This document shows positions 1 to 11,522 of a stretch of DNA of 64,000 nt, one piece after another. Both the position numbers and the translations under genes were made by a program. The DNA is taken from assembly GCF_035084215.1 (NCBI RefSeq), contig NC_090338.1, forward strand, positions 40,114,001 to 40,178,000. The letters are read 5' to 3'. The stretch's first letter is position 1, and each line of letters begins with the position of its first letter. Source of the stretch: Heptranchias perlo (Eukaryota). The notes beneath the pieces are model-generated. The model saw nothing but the letters and a program-made list of their open reading frames with translations, searched no databases and had not been told where the DNA came from.

Positions 1-364
1 AGGACACTGCCCTGAGGAACTCCTGCAGCAATGTCCTGGGGCTGAGATGATTGGCCTCCAACAACCACGAACATCTTCCTTTGTGCTAGGTATGACTCCA
101 GCCACTGGAGAGTTTTCCCCCTGATTCCCATTGACTTCAATTTTACTAGGGCTCCTTGGTGCCACACTCGGTCAAATGCTGCCTTGATGTCAAGGGCAGT
201 CACTCTCACCTCACCTCTGGAATTCAGCTCTTTTGTCCATGTTTGGCCCAAGGCTGTAATGAGGTCTGGAGCCGAGTGGTCCTGGCGGAACCCAAACTGA
301 GCATCGGTGAGCAGGTTATTGGTGAGTAAGTGCCGCTTGATAGCACTGTCGACGACACCTTCCA

Positions 365-2023
365 TCACTTTGCTGATGATTGAGAGTAGACTGATGGGGC
401 GGTAATTGGCCGGATTGGATTTGTCCTGCTTTTTGTGACAGGACATACCTGGGCAATTTTCCACATTGTCGGGTGGATGCCAGTGTTGTAGCTGTACTGG
501 AACAGGTTGGCTAGAGGCGCAGCTAGTTCTGGAGCACAAGTCTTCAGCACTACAGCTGGGATGTTGTCAGGGCCCATAGCCTTTGCTGTATCCAGTGCAC
601 TCAGCCGTTTCTTGATATCACGTGGAGTGAATCGAATTGGCCGAAGACTGGCTTCCGTGATGGTGGGGATATCGGGAGGAGGCTGAGATGGATTATCCAC
701 TCGGCACTTCTGGCTGAAGATGGTTGCAAATGCTTCAGCCTTGTCTTTTGCACTCACGTGCTGGACTCCGCCATCATTGAGAATGGGGATGTTTGCAGAG
801 CCTCCTCCTCCCGTTAGTTGTTTAATTGTCCACCACCATTCACGACTGGATGTGGCAGGACTGCAGAGCTTTGATCTGATCCGTTGGTTGTGGAATCGCT
901 TAGCTCTGTCGATAGCATGTTGCTTCCGCTGTTTAGCATGCATGTAGTCCTGAGTTGTAGCTTCACCAGGTTGGCACCTCATTTTTAGGTACGCCTGGTG
1001 CTGCTCCTGGCATGCTCTTCTACACTCCTCATTGAACCAGGGTTGATCCCCTGGCTTGTTGGTAATGGTAGAGTGAGGAATATGCCGGGCCATGAGGTTA
1101 CAGATTGTGCTGGAATACAATTCTGCTGCTGCTGATGGTCCACAGCGCCTAATGGATGCCCAGTTTTGAGCTGCTAGATCTGTTCTGAATCTATCCCATT
1201 TAGCACGGTGGTAGTGCCACACAACACGTTGGATGGTGTCCTCAGTGCGAAGATGGGATTTCATCTCCACGAGGACTGTGCAGTGGTCACTCCTACCAAT
1301 ACTGTCATGGACAGATGCATTTGCGACAGGTAGATTGGTGAGGACGAGGTCAAGTAAGTTTTTCCCTCGTGTTGGTTCGCTCACCACCTGCCGCAGGCCC
1401 AGTCTAGCAGCTATGTCCTTCAGGACTCGGCCAGCTCGGTCAGTAGTGGTGCTACCGAGCCACTCTTGGTGATGGACATTGAAGTCCCCCACCCAGAGTA
1501 CATTTTGTGCCCTTGCTACCCTCAGTGCTTCCTCCAAGTGGTGTTCAACATGGAGGAGGACTGATTCATCAGCTGAGGGAGGACGGTAGGTGGTAATCAG
1601 CAGGAGGTTTCCTTGCCCATGTTTGACCTGACGCCATGAGATTTCATGGGGTCCAGAGTCAATGTTGAGGACTCCCAGGGCCACTCCCTCCTGACTGTAT
1701 ATCACTGTACCGCCGCCTCTGGTGGGTCTGTCCTGCCGGTGGGACAGGACATACCCAGGGATGGTGATGGAAGAGTCTGGGACGTTGGCTGAAAGATATG
1801 ATTCTGTGAGTATGGCTGTGTCAGGCTGTTGTTTGACTCGTCTGTGGGACAGCTCTCCCAATTTTGGCACAAGTCCCCAGATGTTGGTAAGGAGGACCTT
1901 GCAGGGTCGACTGGGCTTGGTGTTTTGCCGTTTTCGTGTCCGGTGCCGAGTGGTCCGTCCGGTTTTATTCTTATTATGACTTTTCGTAGCGAGATTTTAC
2001 AACTGAGTGGCTTGCTAGGCCAT
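365..2023 (-). pseudogene. Endonuclease-linker-RT ORF of the tRNA-headed LINE (disrupted)
   Basis: 501-aa ORF from the ORF track. An in-frame upstream ATG at 2023 is followed by two stops in this copy but is open in the copy at 61641. Frameshift at ~437. Confidence 0.85.
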
Positions 2024-2252
2024 TTCAGAGGGCAATTAAGAATCAACCACATTGCTGTGGGTCTGGAGTCACATATCGGCCAGACCAGGTAAGGGCGGCA
2101 GGCTTCCTTCCCTAAAGGACATTAGTGAACCAGATGGGTTTTTACGACAATCCGGTAGTTTCATGGCCATCATTACTGATACTAGTATTTTAATTCCAGA
2201 TTTTTATTTAATTAATTGAATTTAATTAATTAATTGAATTTAAATTCGCCAG

Positions 2253-2341
2253 CTGCCGTGGTGGGATTTGAACTCATGACTCTGGATTTTAGTCCAGGCC
2301 TCTGGATTACTAGCCCAGTAACATAACCACTATGCTACCGT
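2253..2341 (-). promoter_or_regulatory. tRNA-derived (Thr-AGT-like) internal Pol III promoter at LINE 5' end
   Basis: Minus strand reads CGGTAGCATAGTGGTTATGTTACTGGGCTAGTAATCCAGAGG...GAGTTCAAATCCCACCACGGCAG. A box TAGCATAGTGG at 2327-2337, anticodon-loop-like CTAGTAA, B box GAGTTCAAATCCC at 2263-2275. Confidence 0.85.
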
Positions 2342-2342
2342 G

Positions 2343-2626
2343 CCTTAAACCCATCCCAGACGGTTAAATGATCTCAGTGCTGGTCTATCCACCAGTTTCT
2401 GTCCCTCCATTGTTCCTTTTAATCTCCAATATTAGCATACCTTAGAAGACATGAGATGCCTTCCACACACTATGTGGAATGGGGCTGGTCCGCCTGCTAG
2501 TTGTGGGAAAATACTGACTCTCTGTTTGAAAAACACTAAATGCTGGATACATGACTGAATAAATGCAGTAACTTAAACTAAACTTCCAGTACATTTAAAA
2601 ACCCTTATAAAAGATATTCTCTTACA
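2343..2626 (-). repeat. ERV 3' LTR (U3 part), interrupted by LINE copy 1
   Basis: Begins TGTAAG at 2626 on minus, preceded by purine-rich AAGGTAGGGAGT (PPT, 2627-2638). Aligns to 11215-11522 with many substitutions. Confidence 0.88.
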
Positions 2627-2699
2627 ACTCCCTACCTTGAGAGTGCGGCACTGGCAATGCCAAACTCTGATATTCATCATTCCCCTCATCGTAATAACT

Positions 2700-4700
2700 G
2701 TGTATAAGAGTGTATAAGAGTGTTGGCTTCCCAAGTATATTTGCAATCTCACTTCCATAGCCAATTTGTTGGTCTCTTTATGCGCCTTCCTCATCCAAAA
2801 GCATTAAGACTACCAACATTATTTGTCCAATCAGCAAGACAACTATGGGATAGAATAGTAAATTAAGTATTCTAGTTGCAGAGGGACACCATCCAAGAAT
2901 ATCTCCTACCAATGGTATTCCACTAGGGTCAACTCGCTCGAGAACCTTCTGGATCTGCATTCCATCACGATGGACAGTTATGACCATCGCCTTCTACTGT
3001 ATGCAAGTTCATTCCCAATACTACAGGTTCTATGTGTTTATACAAAGTATAATTCTGAATTATCAACTGTTGAGCCCATAGTGGCGTAGCCATTTTAAAA
3101 TCACATCCCCGCATCATAGTTACATTGCAGACACAGACATTGCTCCCAGTCAGGTATTCTATTAACTTCATTAATAGTTATGTTGGGACAGGTGGTATGT
3201 ACACACATACATCCCTTCTCTACATACATGCCTTTAGTCTGTCTTTCCCTATCAGATTTATGCTCAAAATGACACCTATCTCCTGTCCCTTCTGGGGTTA
3301 AACAAAGATCACTATTCTCAAGTGTACTTCCTTCACAGATAAATCCAAGACCTCTTTTCTGTATGCATTTGTGTCTGGGAGTATTTCCCAATCTGTGATG
3401 TACAATTCAAACTAAAAGTCAGAACCTGACCATCTGGAATCACCATCGTGATATTATCGCTTGGCCCATTTAATTTCTTTGGTCCTGCTTGACTATATCG
3501 TACTTCTATATTAAGGTTCTTATCGAGTTTTGCATATAAGTTTTGCTTGTCGAGTTTTGCATCTATGTTATAAAATGACATTTATAATCCACGGCTACCC
3601 AAATGTCAATCAATTGTCCACATATTTTCAAGTGCCATGTCCCTGACAATTTCGAATTGTTTGCCATCGCCGTACCCTCGCACTAGTAGACATCATAACC
3701 TGTGGTGTATGTAGTTGGTGGGTCAAAGACCAGTCCCGAACAATGTCTGGACACCCGAATGTGAAGCTGCCTGACATCTGTTCCTTTTCTCTGAAGGCAT
3801 AGGCATATTGCCAAATAAGAACATAAGAAATAGGAGCAGGAGTAGGCCATACTGCCCCTCAAGCCTGCTCTGCCATTCAGTAAGATCATGGCTGATCTTC
3901 AACCTCAACTCCACTTTCCTGCCTGTTCCCTATATCCCTTGATTCCCTTGGAGTCCAAAAATCTATCGATCTCAGTCTTGAATATAATCAATGAATGAGC
4001 ATCCACAGCTCTCTGGGGTAGAAAATTCCAAAGATTCACCATCCTCCGAGTGAAGAAATTCCTCCTCATCTCAGTCCTAAATGTCTGACCCCTTATCCTG
4101 AGTTCCTTGTTCTAGACTCTCCAGCCAGGGGAAACATCCTTTCAGCATCTACCCTGTCAAGTCATCTTAGAATCTTATATGTTTCAATGAGATCACCTCT
4201 CATTCTTCTAAACTCCAGAGGGTATAGGCCCATTCTACTCAACCTCTCCTCATAGGACAACTCTCTCATCCCAGTAATCAATCTGGTGAACCTTCGTTGC
4301 ACTGCCTATAAGACAGCTATATCCTTCCTTAGGTAAGGAGACCCAAACTGCACACAGTACTCTAGGTGTGGTCTCATCAAAGCCCTGTACAGTTGCAGCA
4401 GTACTTCCCTACTCTTGTACTCCAACCCCTTCGCAATAAAGGCTAAATTATAGAGGTGTTTTGCCCTTCGTAATCTGTCAAGGTTATTCCACCCCCCCCC
4501 CCCCCCCCCAGGGGATGCCTCTCGCCTCCAAATGATGATGGTCACCTGGGTGGTGTTGGTTTCAAATCTTCATTGTGCCAAATCAGGCCAGAAGGTATAC
4601 TGAGTCTCCCAAATCCAGCCGTGGGTCACAGCGATAGACTCATGAATATCCGTAACATCTTTCTTCACCAGAGTAAATTGCTCTCTGTAAAATCAAGCAC
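2700..4700 (-). pseudogene. env: ERV env-like glycoprotein gene (fragmented; CR1 inserted at 3815-4445)
   Basis: Fragments CIQKRGLGFICEGSTLENSDLCL..CHFE..KGCMCVHTTC, SNVCVCNVTMMRGCDF..NYTLY..LGMNL and VITVHRD..VLERV..ILGWCPSATRILNLLFYPIVVLLIGQIMLVVLMLL (TM anchor), lying between IN and the PPT. Confidence 0.8.
3815..4445 (-). mobile_element. CR1 LINE 3' fragment inside ERV env
   Basis: GLEYKSREVLLQLYRALMRPHLEYCVQF, (TTCTTATG)n tail at 3815-3830, imperfect TSD GCCAAAT/GCTAAAT. Confidence 0.92.
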
Positions 4701-4739
4701 AGTGTCTGACTATCATTCAGTTTTATCTTCTGCTGCTAC

Positions 4740-7500
4740 CGATTTGAGCTGGTTAATATGGTACCATTTAGTAACCTTTTTGTTTCCCTTCCCTGTATAC
4801 TGTATTAAGTACACAATCGAACTAGCTCTGTCTACTATGGGAAAGGGTTCTATCCATTTAGGCTCAAATATGTGTTCTCATTTCCCATTATTCAGAACCA
4901 TAACTACATCTCCTACCTCATACTCAGCGGGGTTTTTTTTGCCAAAATACTTTTTCATTTGATTTTTAGATTTCCGAATGTTACGTGCCACAAATCGGCT
5001 AGTTTCGTTTACATATTCCACCATCTGGTTTAACCGTTTACTTTTGATCATTCCCAACAACAAAGAAGTTACTGTGGACACTAAAAGGTGTCCTGGTGTA
5101 CACATCAGTCTTCCTGTCATAGCCTAGTATGGTGAGATACCTGTGGTGGCATGAGGAGTTGATCAAATTGCCATAAGACACATGGGTAGCACGTTTGCCC
5201 ATTGAGTGAGGTGATCTGCACAAAACTTTTTTAACATAGTTTTTAACGTCCGATTTCCTCTTTCTACCACACCCGACGATTGTGGGTGATGTGAAATGTG
5301 TAGTTTGTGCTCTATTTTCATGAGCTTTTGGAGTTCAGTAAAGATTTTGCCTGTGAAATGTGACCCTTGATCACTGTCTACTTGTATTGGTACTCCCCAC
5401 CTGCAGATCATCTCACTCAACAATATTCTAGCTGCAGTAAAAGCGGTGTTAGTCCTATGCGGGAATGCTTCCATCCACTTTGTGAATTTATCAATAATGA
5501 CCAAACAATGCAAGTAACTTAAAGGCACCTGGTGTAAAGGGTCTATGAAATCAATCTGTAAATGTGTCCCTCAGGGGGAGGTGCACTTTGAAGGAAGGCA
5601 CGATTGGTGTGTAAGGCTGGATTGTGTTGTAGGCATACTAAACATCTCGCTATGCGGCGAATGATGTCGTCTTTGCTTTTGGATTTTATGCAGAACAATA
5701 ACCACCATGGCATGACTGTGGAACATGTCAGATAATTCTTCAGCCACAGTAGGAGGAATACACACAATTGAGAATGATTTGGACTTGGGTTGATACATAA
5801 TAAGGACTGCCCATTATCGACAAGCCTGGTTTCGTGATCCCATGGTGTAGGTTGAGGTAGGGGTTTATTTTCTTGGTGCCGAGCCATGGATCGCTCATAC
5901 GGTGGCCAGAATATTTGTAAGCCATGATGTGGAGATGCCGGTGATGGACTGGGGTTGACAAATGTAAGGAATCTTACAACACCAGGTTATAGTCCTGGTG
6001 TATTTGTAGGGTGTGTAAGTTGAACTTGACGGGATAACTAGCTATGGCACACACACGGCCATTGGAGAATGGACCAAAAGGATACCCAGTGTGGGCAGTC
6101 CCTTTGGCAGCCTTGTCGGCTTGGGAATTACTGACTGAGTGTGGATCGGTACCTTTGGTTTGGGCCTTTACCTTACCGATGAAGCATGGCTGTCTTCTAT
6201 CTCTTATTCTTCCCACAACATTGTAAATAAATCACCATGTACCAATGATTTCCTATCGGAGGTGTGGTAGTTATTCTCACAATAGGAAGTGACAACATAG
6301 TAGTGATAGCTTAGGCACTGTCAGACCAAACATTGTTGGTCGGAGGTTTCAATTACAGCTGTCAAGAGTGCTGCGATTCAGCATATTGTGCTGAATGTGG
6401 CACGCACTTGTGCTGGATAATTTGTTCAGGGGCGACCACTGCAAAACCCGTAAATGATACCCACTTTTGGTGAAATGAGGAACCATCAATGTAGACATCT
6501 CTAACATCCTTCAGTGGCGTCTTCTGAACTGGGTTATTAACGAAATCTAAAAGCGGTAGGGGACACTCATGTCTGCCATTCGTTTGTAGAAGATAGTTGG
6601 AGCATTATGAAATCCCTGGGGCAGACAAGATCATGTATAACTCTGATCTTCAAAAGTAAAAGCAAATTAATACTGATCATCTTTTCTTACGGGTATGCTC
6701 TAAAGTCCATTAGCTATGTCTAGGGTTGAAAACTATTTGCCTCTGGGTGGAATTTGGGATAACAACGTTAGTGTTTCCCTCACCACGCATGAGCAATTGG
6801 GAGTGACTGAATTTAACTTGCGATAATCAATAGTTAATCGCCAACTACTGTCTAGTTTCTTAACGGGCCAAGTAGGAGAACTTGTAGTAAACGTGCAACT
6901 CTAACAATACCTTGCCACACTAATGACTGAATTGTAGCCTCCACATACGGATGCCTTTCCTTGGGAATTGCTTACTGTTTTGCGAATGGATGTTGGTATT
7001 TGTTCTCCTTCCATCTGTCCACAATCATATTTACTGCGAGCAGACGCAGATTTTTGAAGCATATTTTGTACCTCTGGGTCCTGATGGACCGGAAATCCAT
7101 ACACCTCCTCTTTCTTAATCGTGAATTCTGAACGCATATCTGAAATCTCTACAACCGACTTACTATTACTCATGCCAAACCGTAGACGTTGGTTAGAATA
7201 GTCAATAATGACACCGTAATGATCTAAAACATCAGTTCCCAATATACTTCGCCCTTCGCTAGTTTGCATTGCTACCGCAGTATGTAGTTTACACTATGCA
7301 CCTTGCAAAGATATCCGAGCTAAGCTCAACTGATAAGCACAGTGTGATGATCCTTCAAAACCTTTTAAAAATGTGCGTTTCCCTCCGGCTGCAGCGTGGC
7401 GTTTGGTGTTTGGAGTATGAATGATGGTTACCGCTGACCCTGTGTCTATTAACATCATCTGTCATTGGCCCCCATCAATAACAACAGAGACTACAGGTCT
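4740..7500 (-). pseudogene. pol: ERV pro-pol (PR, truncated RT, RNase H, integrase)
   Basis: IDTGS (~7436-7450), ILGTD, FAFTF..CLPQGFHNAP (~6597-6665), HEC then VYIDGSS (~6478-6497), SAQYAE, NSQADKAAK, CLVC, IIDKFTKWMEAFP, VDSDQGSHF, PQSSGVVERGN, YEVGDVVMV, WYHINQLK. Multiple frameshifts. Confidence 0.92.
5924..5995 (-). mobile_element. Penelope-like element terminal fragment inside ERV pol
   Basis: ATGTGGAGATGCCGGTGATGGACTGGGGTTGACA..TTACAACACCAGGTTATAGTCC, shared with 39740-39810, 57245-57312 (rc) and 60771-60803. Confidence 0.75.
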
Positions 7501-7562
7501 GGCATGGCCATCACGTTGTAACTCCACTACCGACTATGTCGGGGGAACCGACTCCCTTCATG

Positions 7563-8790
7563 TTAGCCCGGATTCTGTCCTTCAGGTGAAGCTGAAGGAG
7601 TGGTAGCTGTGACAATTGCCTCCACTTGTTCAGGTTGGCCCGTGATGTTACTGGTTGTCAGGAGTGCCAGTAATTTAGCCAATTTATCCTTGGTAGTATA
7701 TGACCGTGTCTCCAGTTTTTCGGAGTACCGAGGTGGAGGAAAGGCTGGGTAGTGGCTCCTTCCCTGTCTACAATCTCTGGCAAAATGTCGCATTTTGCCA
7801 CAATTGTCGCATTTTGCCACAATTGTAGCAATTTGGTCCCCTATTTCCTGATCCCAGCCCTTTATTTGGTCTCCAGTTAATCTTATCCTTCCGTGGTCCC
7901 TCAACCACTGACACTGTTCTTGAATTATGCAATGGGTCTGGCGATGTGTCCTTTTACGTCACCCCTGAATCGGGAGACTCAAAATTTCATTCCACCTATC
8001 ATTTTTACAGATGGAGTTTTCACTAACGGCTGCAACTGACATAAACATTTGTTTAAACAAGGTATCGTTTTACTGACCAGGCGGCGCTTGGATTGGTAGC
8101 GCATGTCCCCATCCAGGGCGGCCAATAAAATAGTTTTTAAATCACCATCTTCTAGCTCACCATGACCCTGTTTAAAATCTCCCCAAGCTCGAGTGAGCAT
8201 AATAGGGTCAGTCCCTCCTTAATGGTCCCTAATTCTCTAGCCAAAGCAGCTGCATCATCTGGTTTGATTGATTTACTGTCATTGTGTCGTGATGTAATCG
8301 CACCTTGTTGATTACGTCTCACACTGGCGGTAATCACATTTACGGGCTGGCTTTTCCAATCACCACAGTCGGGATTATTATAACATGCTGCTCCTCATTC
8401 GAACGGGTCATAATCTACTCTATCTCCTCCGCCGGTCGCAATAAATGACACCAGGGCTCTTTGTTGACCCAATTTTCCCCGTAGCTCATATATTTTTAAC
8501 TCACACTTTGTGTGATCTGTATTGCGAGCAGGTCTATTCACCATTTCCCTAAGGGCTCCTCACGCATCTTCTAGTTGTTGCCTCAAAACATCATTTTCTT
8601 CCAGCAACTCATCAATCTTATACTCATCTGCTGCGCTCCTAACCCCTAGGCAGCTGCCATAGCAGCTCCTGCCTGTGGTTGAGCGAGCACACAGGTCAGA
8701 TCCCTTTTCCTATTCTTGAGTTCCTCACACTGTTTTTCCCTTTTTTCTTTACCTTCCATATACTCTTGATCTTTCTTTTCCATCAATTCC
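7563..8790 (-). pseudogene. gag: ERV gag (C-terminal part; N-terminus at ~10420-10610 beyond a CR1 insertion)
   Basis: Zinc knuckle CDNCGKMRHFARDC in ORF 7563-7904, fragmented capsid-like ORFs 7979-8337, and a charged coiled-coil-like stretch at 8500-8790. Confidence 0.8.
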
Positions 8791-8799
8791 ACATGCTGT

Positions 8800-10414
8800 A
8801 AATGAAAATAAAGAAATGACAGACATGTTAAATAATTACATTGTGTCGGTATTTATAGTAGAGGAAGAGGATGGCTTGCCAAGGAAACTACTTTTGAATC
8901 AGGGACGGGGACTCACCATAATTAATGTAAGCAAATTATCAGTAATGAAGAAAATAATGGCTGTAAAGAGTGACAAATCCCTAGGACCAGATGGTTTCCA
9001 TCCCAGGATTTTAAAGGAAGTAAATGATAACATTGCAGAAGCCCTAACTATAATCTTCCAAAGTTCTCTCAATTCAGGAACCATTCCTTTAGATTGGAAA
9101 ATTGCACATGTCACTCCGCTATTTAAGAAAGGTGAGAGAGGGAAACCAGGGAATTATAAACCAGTTAGCCTAACATCTGTTGTCGGGAAATTACTATCGT
9201 CTAAAATTAAGGATAGAGTGACTGAACACCTTTAAAATTTTCAGCTGATCGGAGAGACCCAGCATGGATTTGTAAAGGGTAGATCCTGACGAACCTGATT
9301 GAATTTTTTGAAGAGCTGACTAAAGTAGTGGATGGGGGAATGTCTATGGATGTTGTTTATATGGACTTCCAGAAGACACTGTCAGCTAAAGTTGAAGCTC
9401 ATGGAATTGAGGGCAAATTATTGCCCTGGTTAGGAAAATGGCTGAGTGGTAGGAGACAGAGAGAAGCGATAATGGGTAGGTACTCAAATTGGCAGGATGT
9501 GACTAGTGATGTCCCACAGGGATCTGCGTTGGGGCCTCAACTATTCACTGTATTTATTAACGATTTAGATGACGGTATAGAGAGCCACATATCCAAGTTT
9601 GCTGATGACACAAAGATAGGCAGCATTGTAAACAGTGTAGATAGAAGCTTAAAATTACAGAGAGATATTAATAGATTAAGTGAATGGGCAAAACTGTGGC
9701 AAATGGATTTCAGTGTAGGCAAGCGTGAGGTCATCCACTTTGGAACTATAAAGGATAGATCAGAGTACTTTCTAAATGGTGAAAAGCTGGAAACAGTGGA
9801 GGTCCAAAGGGACTTTGGGGTCCATGTACATAGATCATTAAAATGTCATGGACAGGTACAGAAAATAATCAAAAAGGCTAATGGAATGCTGGCCTTTATA
9901 TCTAGAGGACTAGAATACAAGGGGGTAGAAATTATGCTATAGCTCTACAAACCCCTGGTTAGACCACGCTTGGAGTACTGTGTTCAGCTCTGGGCACCGC
10001 ACCCTAAGGATATATTGGCCTTGGAGAGAATGCAGCGTAGATTTGCTAGAATGATACCTGGACTCCAAGGGTTAATTTAGAAAATTAAGGGGTGATTTGA
10101 TCGAAGTTTTCAAGATATTAAGGGGAACTGAGAGTCTAGGAATAGGGGACATAACCTAAAGATTAGAGCCAGGACATTAAGGAGTGAAGTTAGGAAACAC
10201 TTCTATACGCAAAGAGTGATAGAAGTTTAGAACTCTCTTCAGCAAACGGCAGTTGATGCTAGCTCAATTGTTAATTTTAAACCTGAGATTGATAGATTTT
10301 TATTAACCAAAGGTATTAAGGGATATGGAGTTAGATCACAGTTCAGGCATGATCTCATTGAATGGCAGAACAAGCTCGAGGGGCTGAATGGCCTACTCTT
10401 GTTCCTATGTTCAT
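8800..10414 (+). mobile_element. CR1 LINE, 5'-truncated, inside ERV gag
   Basis: KSLGPDGFHPRILKE, DVVYMDFQK, KFADDTK, (TTCCTATG) tail, TSD ATGCTGT at 8793-8799 and 10415-10421. Confidence 0.95.
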
Positions 10415-10811
10415 ATGCTGTTGTTTCCTTTCTTCCTATTCTTTGTCTTTCTTTGCTAAGAGTTGCTCACTTCTGTGTGCACAGAAATGGACTGCATAGA
10501 CTAGCCGTTGTCTGCCTTTGTCCATTTTTATTTTTTATCATCTATCTTCTCCTGAATCCATTGCACGGCAGACTCAAATGTTCTGCTGTCTCCTGCATTT
10601 AAGATGGGGACTAGATCCATTACACAGACCTTCACTAACTTCCTTTGTGAGGCCATTTCAACCTCTGTTATCTCTGCCATAGTTAGTTACTAGATTACTG
10701 GTAGGAGGCACAACCTGCTACACTCCCTAAGGTTCCCTTCCTGAACCTACTAAGTGTGCTGCTAGTTTGATCCTAGGACCTTCCTGGTTTGCCATAGTCA
10801 GACAATTTTGA

Positions 10812-10821
10812 CCTGACACCA
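10812..10821 (-). promoter_or_regulatory. Primer-binding site, tRNA-Leu-like (partial match)
   Basis: TGGTGTCAGG 2 nt after the LTR end CA matches the start of the tRNA-Leu(CAG) PBS (TGGTGTCAGGAGTGGGAT). The remainder has diverged. Confidence 0.6.
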
Positions 10822-10823
10822 AT

Positions 10824-11522
10824 TGGTTATAGTGACGATCTTTTATTTGAACAAAAGCAAGGATTAATATATGCAAGTAGTTAAGCTATAATTATGAAAC
10901 AACAAGGAATTATATTACCCCGTTGTCCTCTGGACAGAGATTGTAACTTTGTTATTGCCTTGAATCCTGCCTGTTTCCTTCTCGCTAAGTTGTCTTCTTT
11001 CTCCACACACTGTTCTCTAAAACTAGGTGTTGGTTTGTTCAGGGTTCGTCTATACCCCTTTTAGAAACCCGACCCCTGAGCCATCAAAACTGATGCGGTT
11101 AGCACTTCCCCAATTTCATCTCCCTTCAACAGATAATGGCCATCCAGTTTGTCTCTGCTAATCATTTTAACCTGATGTTCCCTGCCAGGCATTCCAAAGG
11201 AACATGAGATATCCTAAACCTATCCCAGGTGGTTAAATGTGACTTCCGCGCTGGTCTATCCACCAGTTTCTGTCCTTCCATTGTTCCGGCTAATCTCCAA
11301 TATTAGCATATTTTAGTATACACGGGATGCCTTCCACACGTTATGTGGCATGGGGCCGACCCGTCTGCTCGTTGTGGAAAAACACTGCGTCTCTGTTAGA
11401 AAAACACTAAATGCTGGATAGATGACTGAATAAATGCAGTAACTTAAACTAAACTTCCAGTACATTTAAAAACCCTTAGTCTACATTTAAAAAACCCTTA
11501 TTATAAAAGATATTCCCTTACA
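10824..11522 (-). repeat. ERV 5' LTR (~700 bp)
   Basis: TGTAAGGG...ATAACCA on minus, AATAAA at ~10842-10847, followed after 2 nt by the PBS. Confidence 0.85.

Larger units (their letters stand above)
1..2341 (-). mobile_element. Single-ORF non-LTR retrotransposon (APE endonuclease + RT; CR1/L2-group-like) with tRNA-derived 5' head, copy 1; 3' part runs off the window
   Basis: ORF 365-1870 carries APE motifs (LLTNIWGL just upstream in frame, TESYL, RGGG, YRPP, VGDFN, LDLV, SDH), then linker and RT start (KAMGPDNIP). A 1-nt loss near 437 shifts the frame. RT continues at 1-437 (QFGFR, LDIKAAFDRVWH, GVPQGSVLG). The 5' UTR and head match copies at 25115-25240 and 61620-61857. Confidence 0.93.
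2343..11522 (-). mobile_element. Degenerate endogenous retrovirus (LTR-gag-pro-pol-env-LTR)
   Basis: Two homologous LTR segments (2346-2626 vs 11215-11522), TG start, PBS and PPT, with gag CCHC, PR DTGS, RT LPQG, RNase H YIDGS, IN core and env fragments in retroviral order. Confidence 0.92.

Noticed and set aside
2253-2341. Functional tRNA-Thr gene
   Set aside because: The spacing between the anticodon arm and B box is expanded, there is no clean acceptor stem or T-run terminator, and it recurs as the head of a retroelement.
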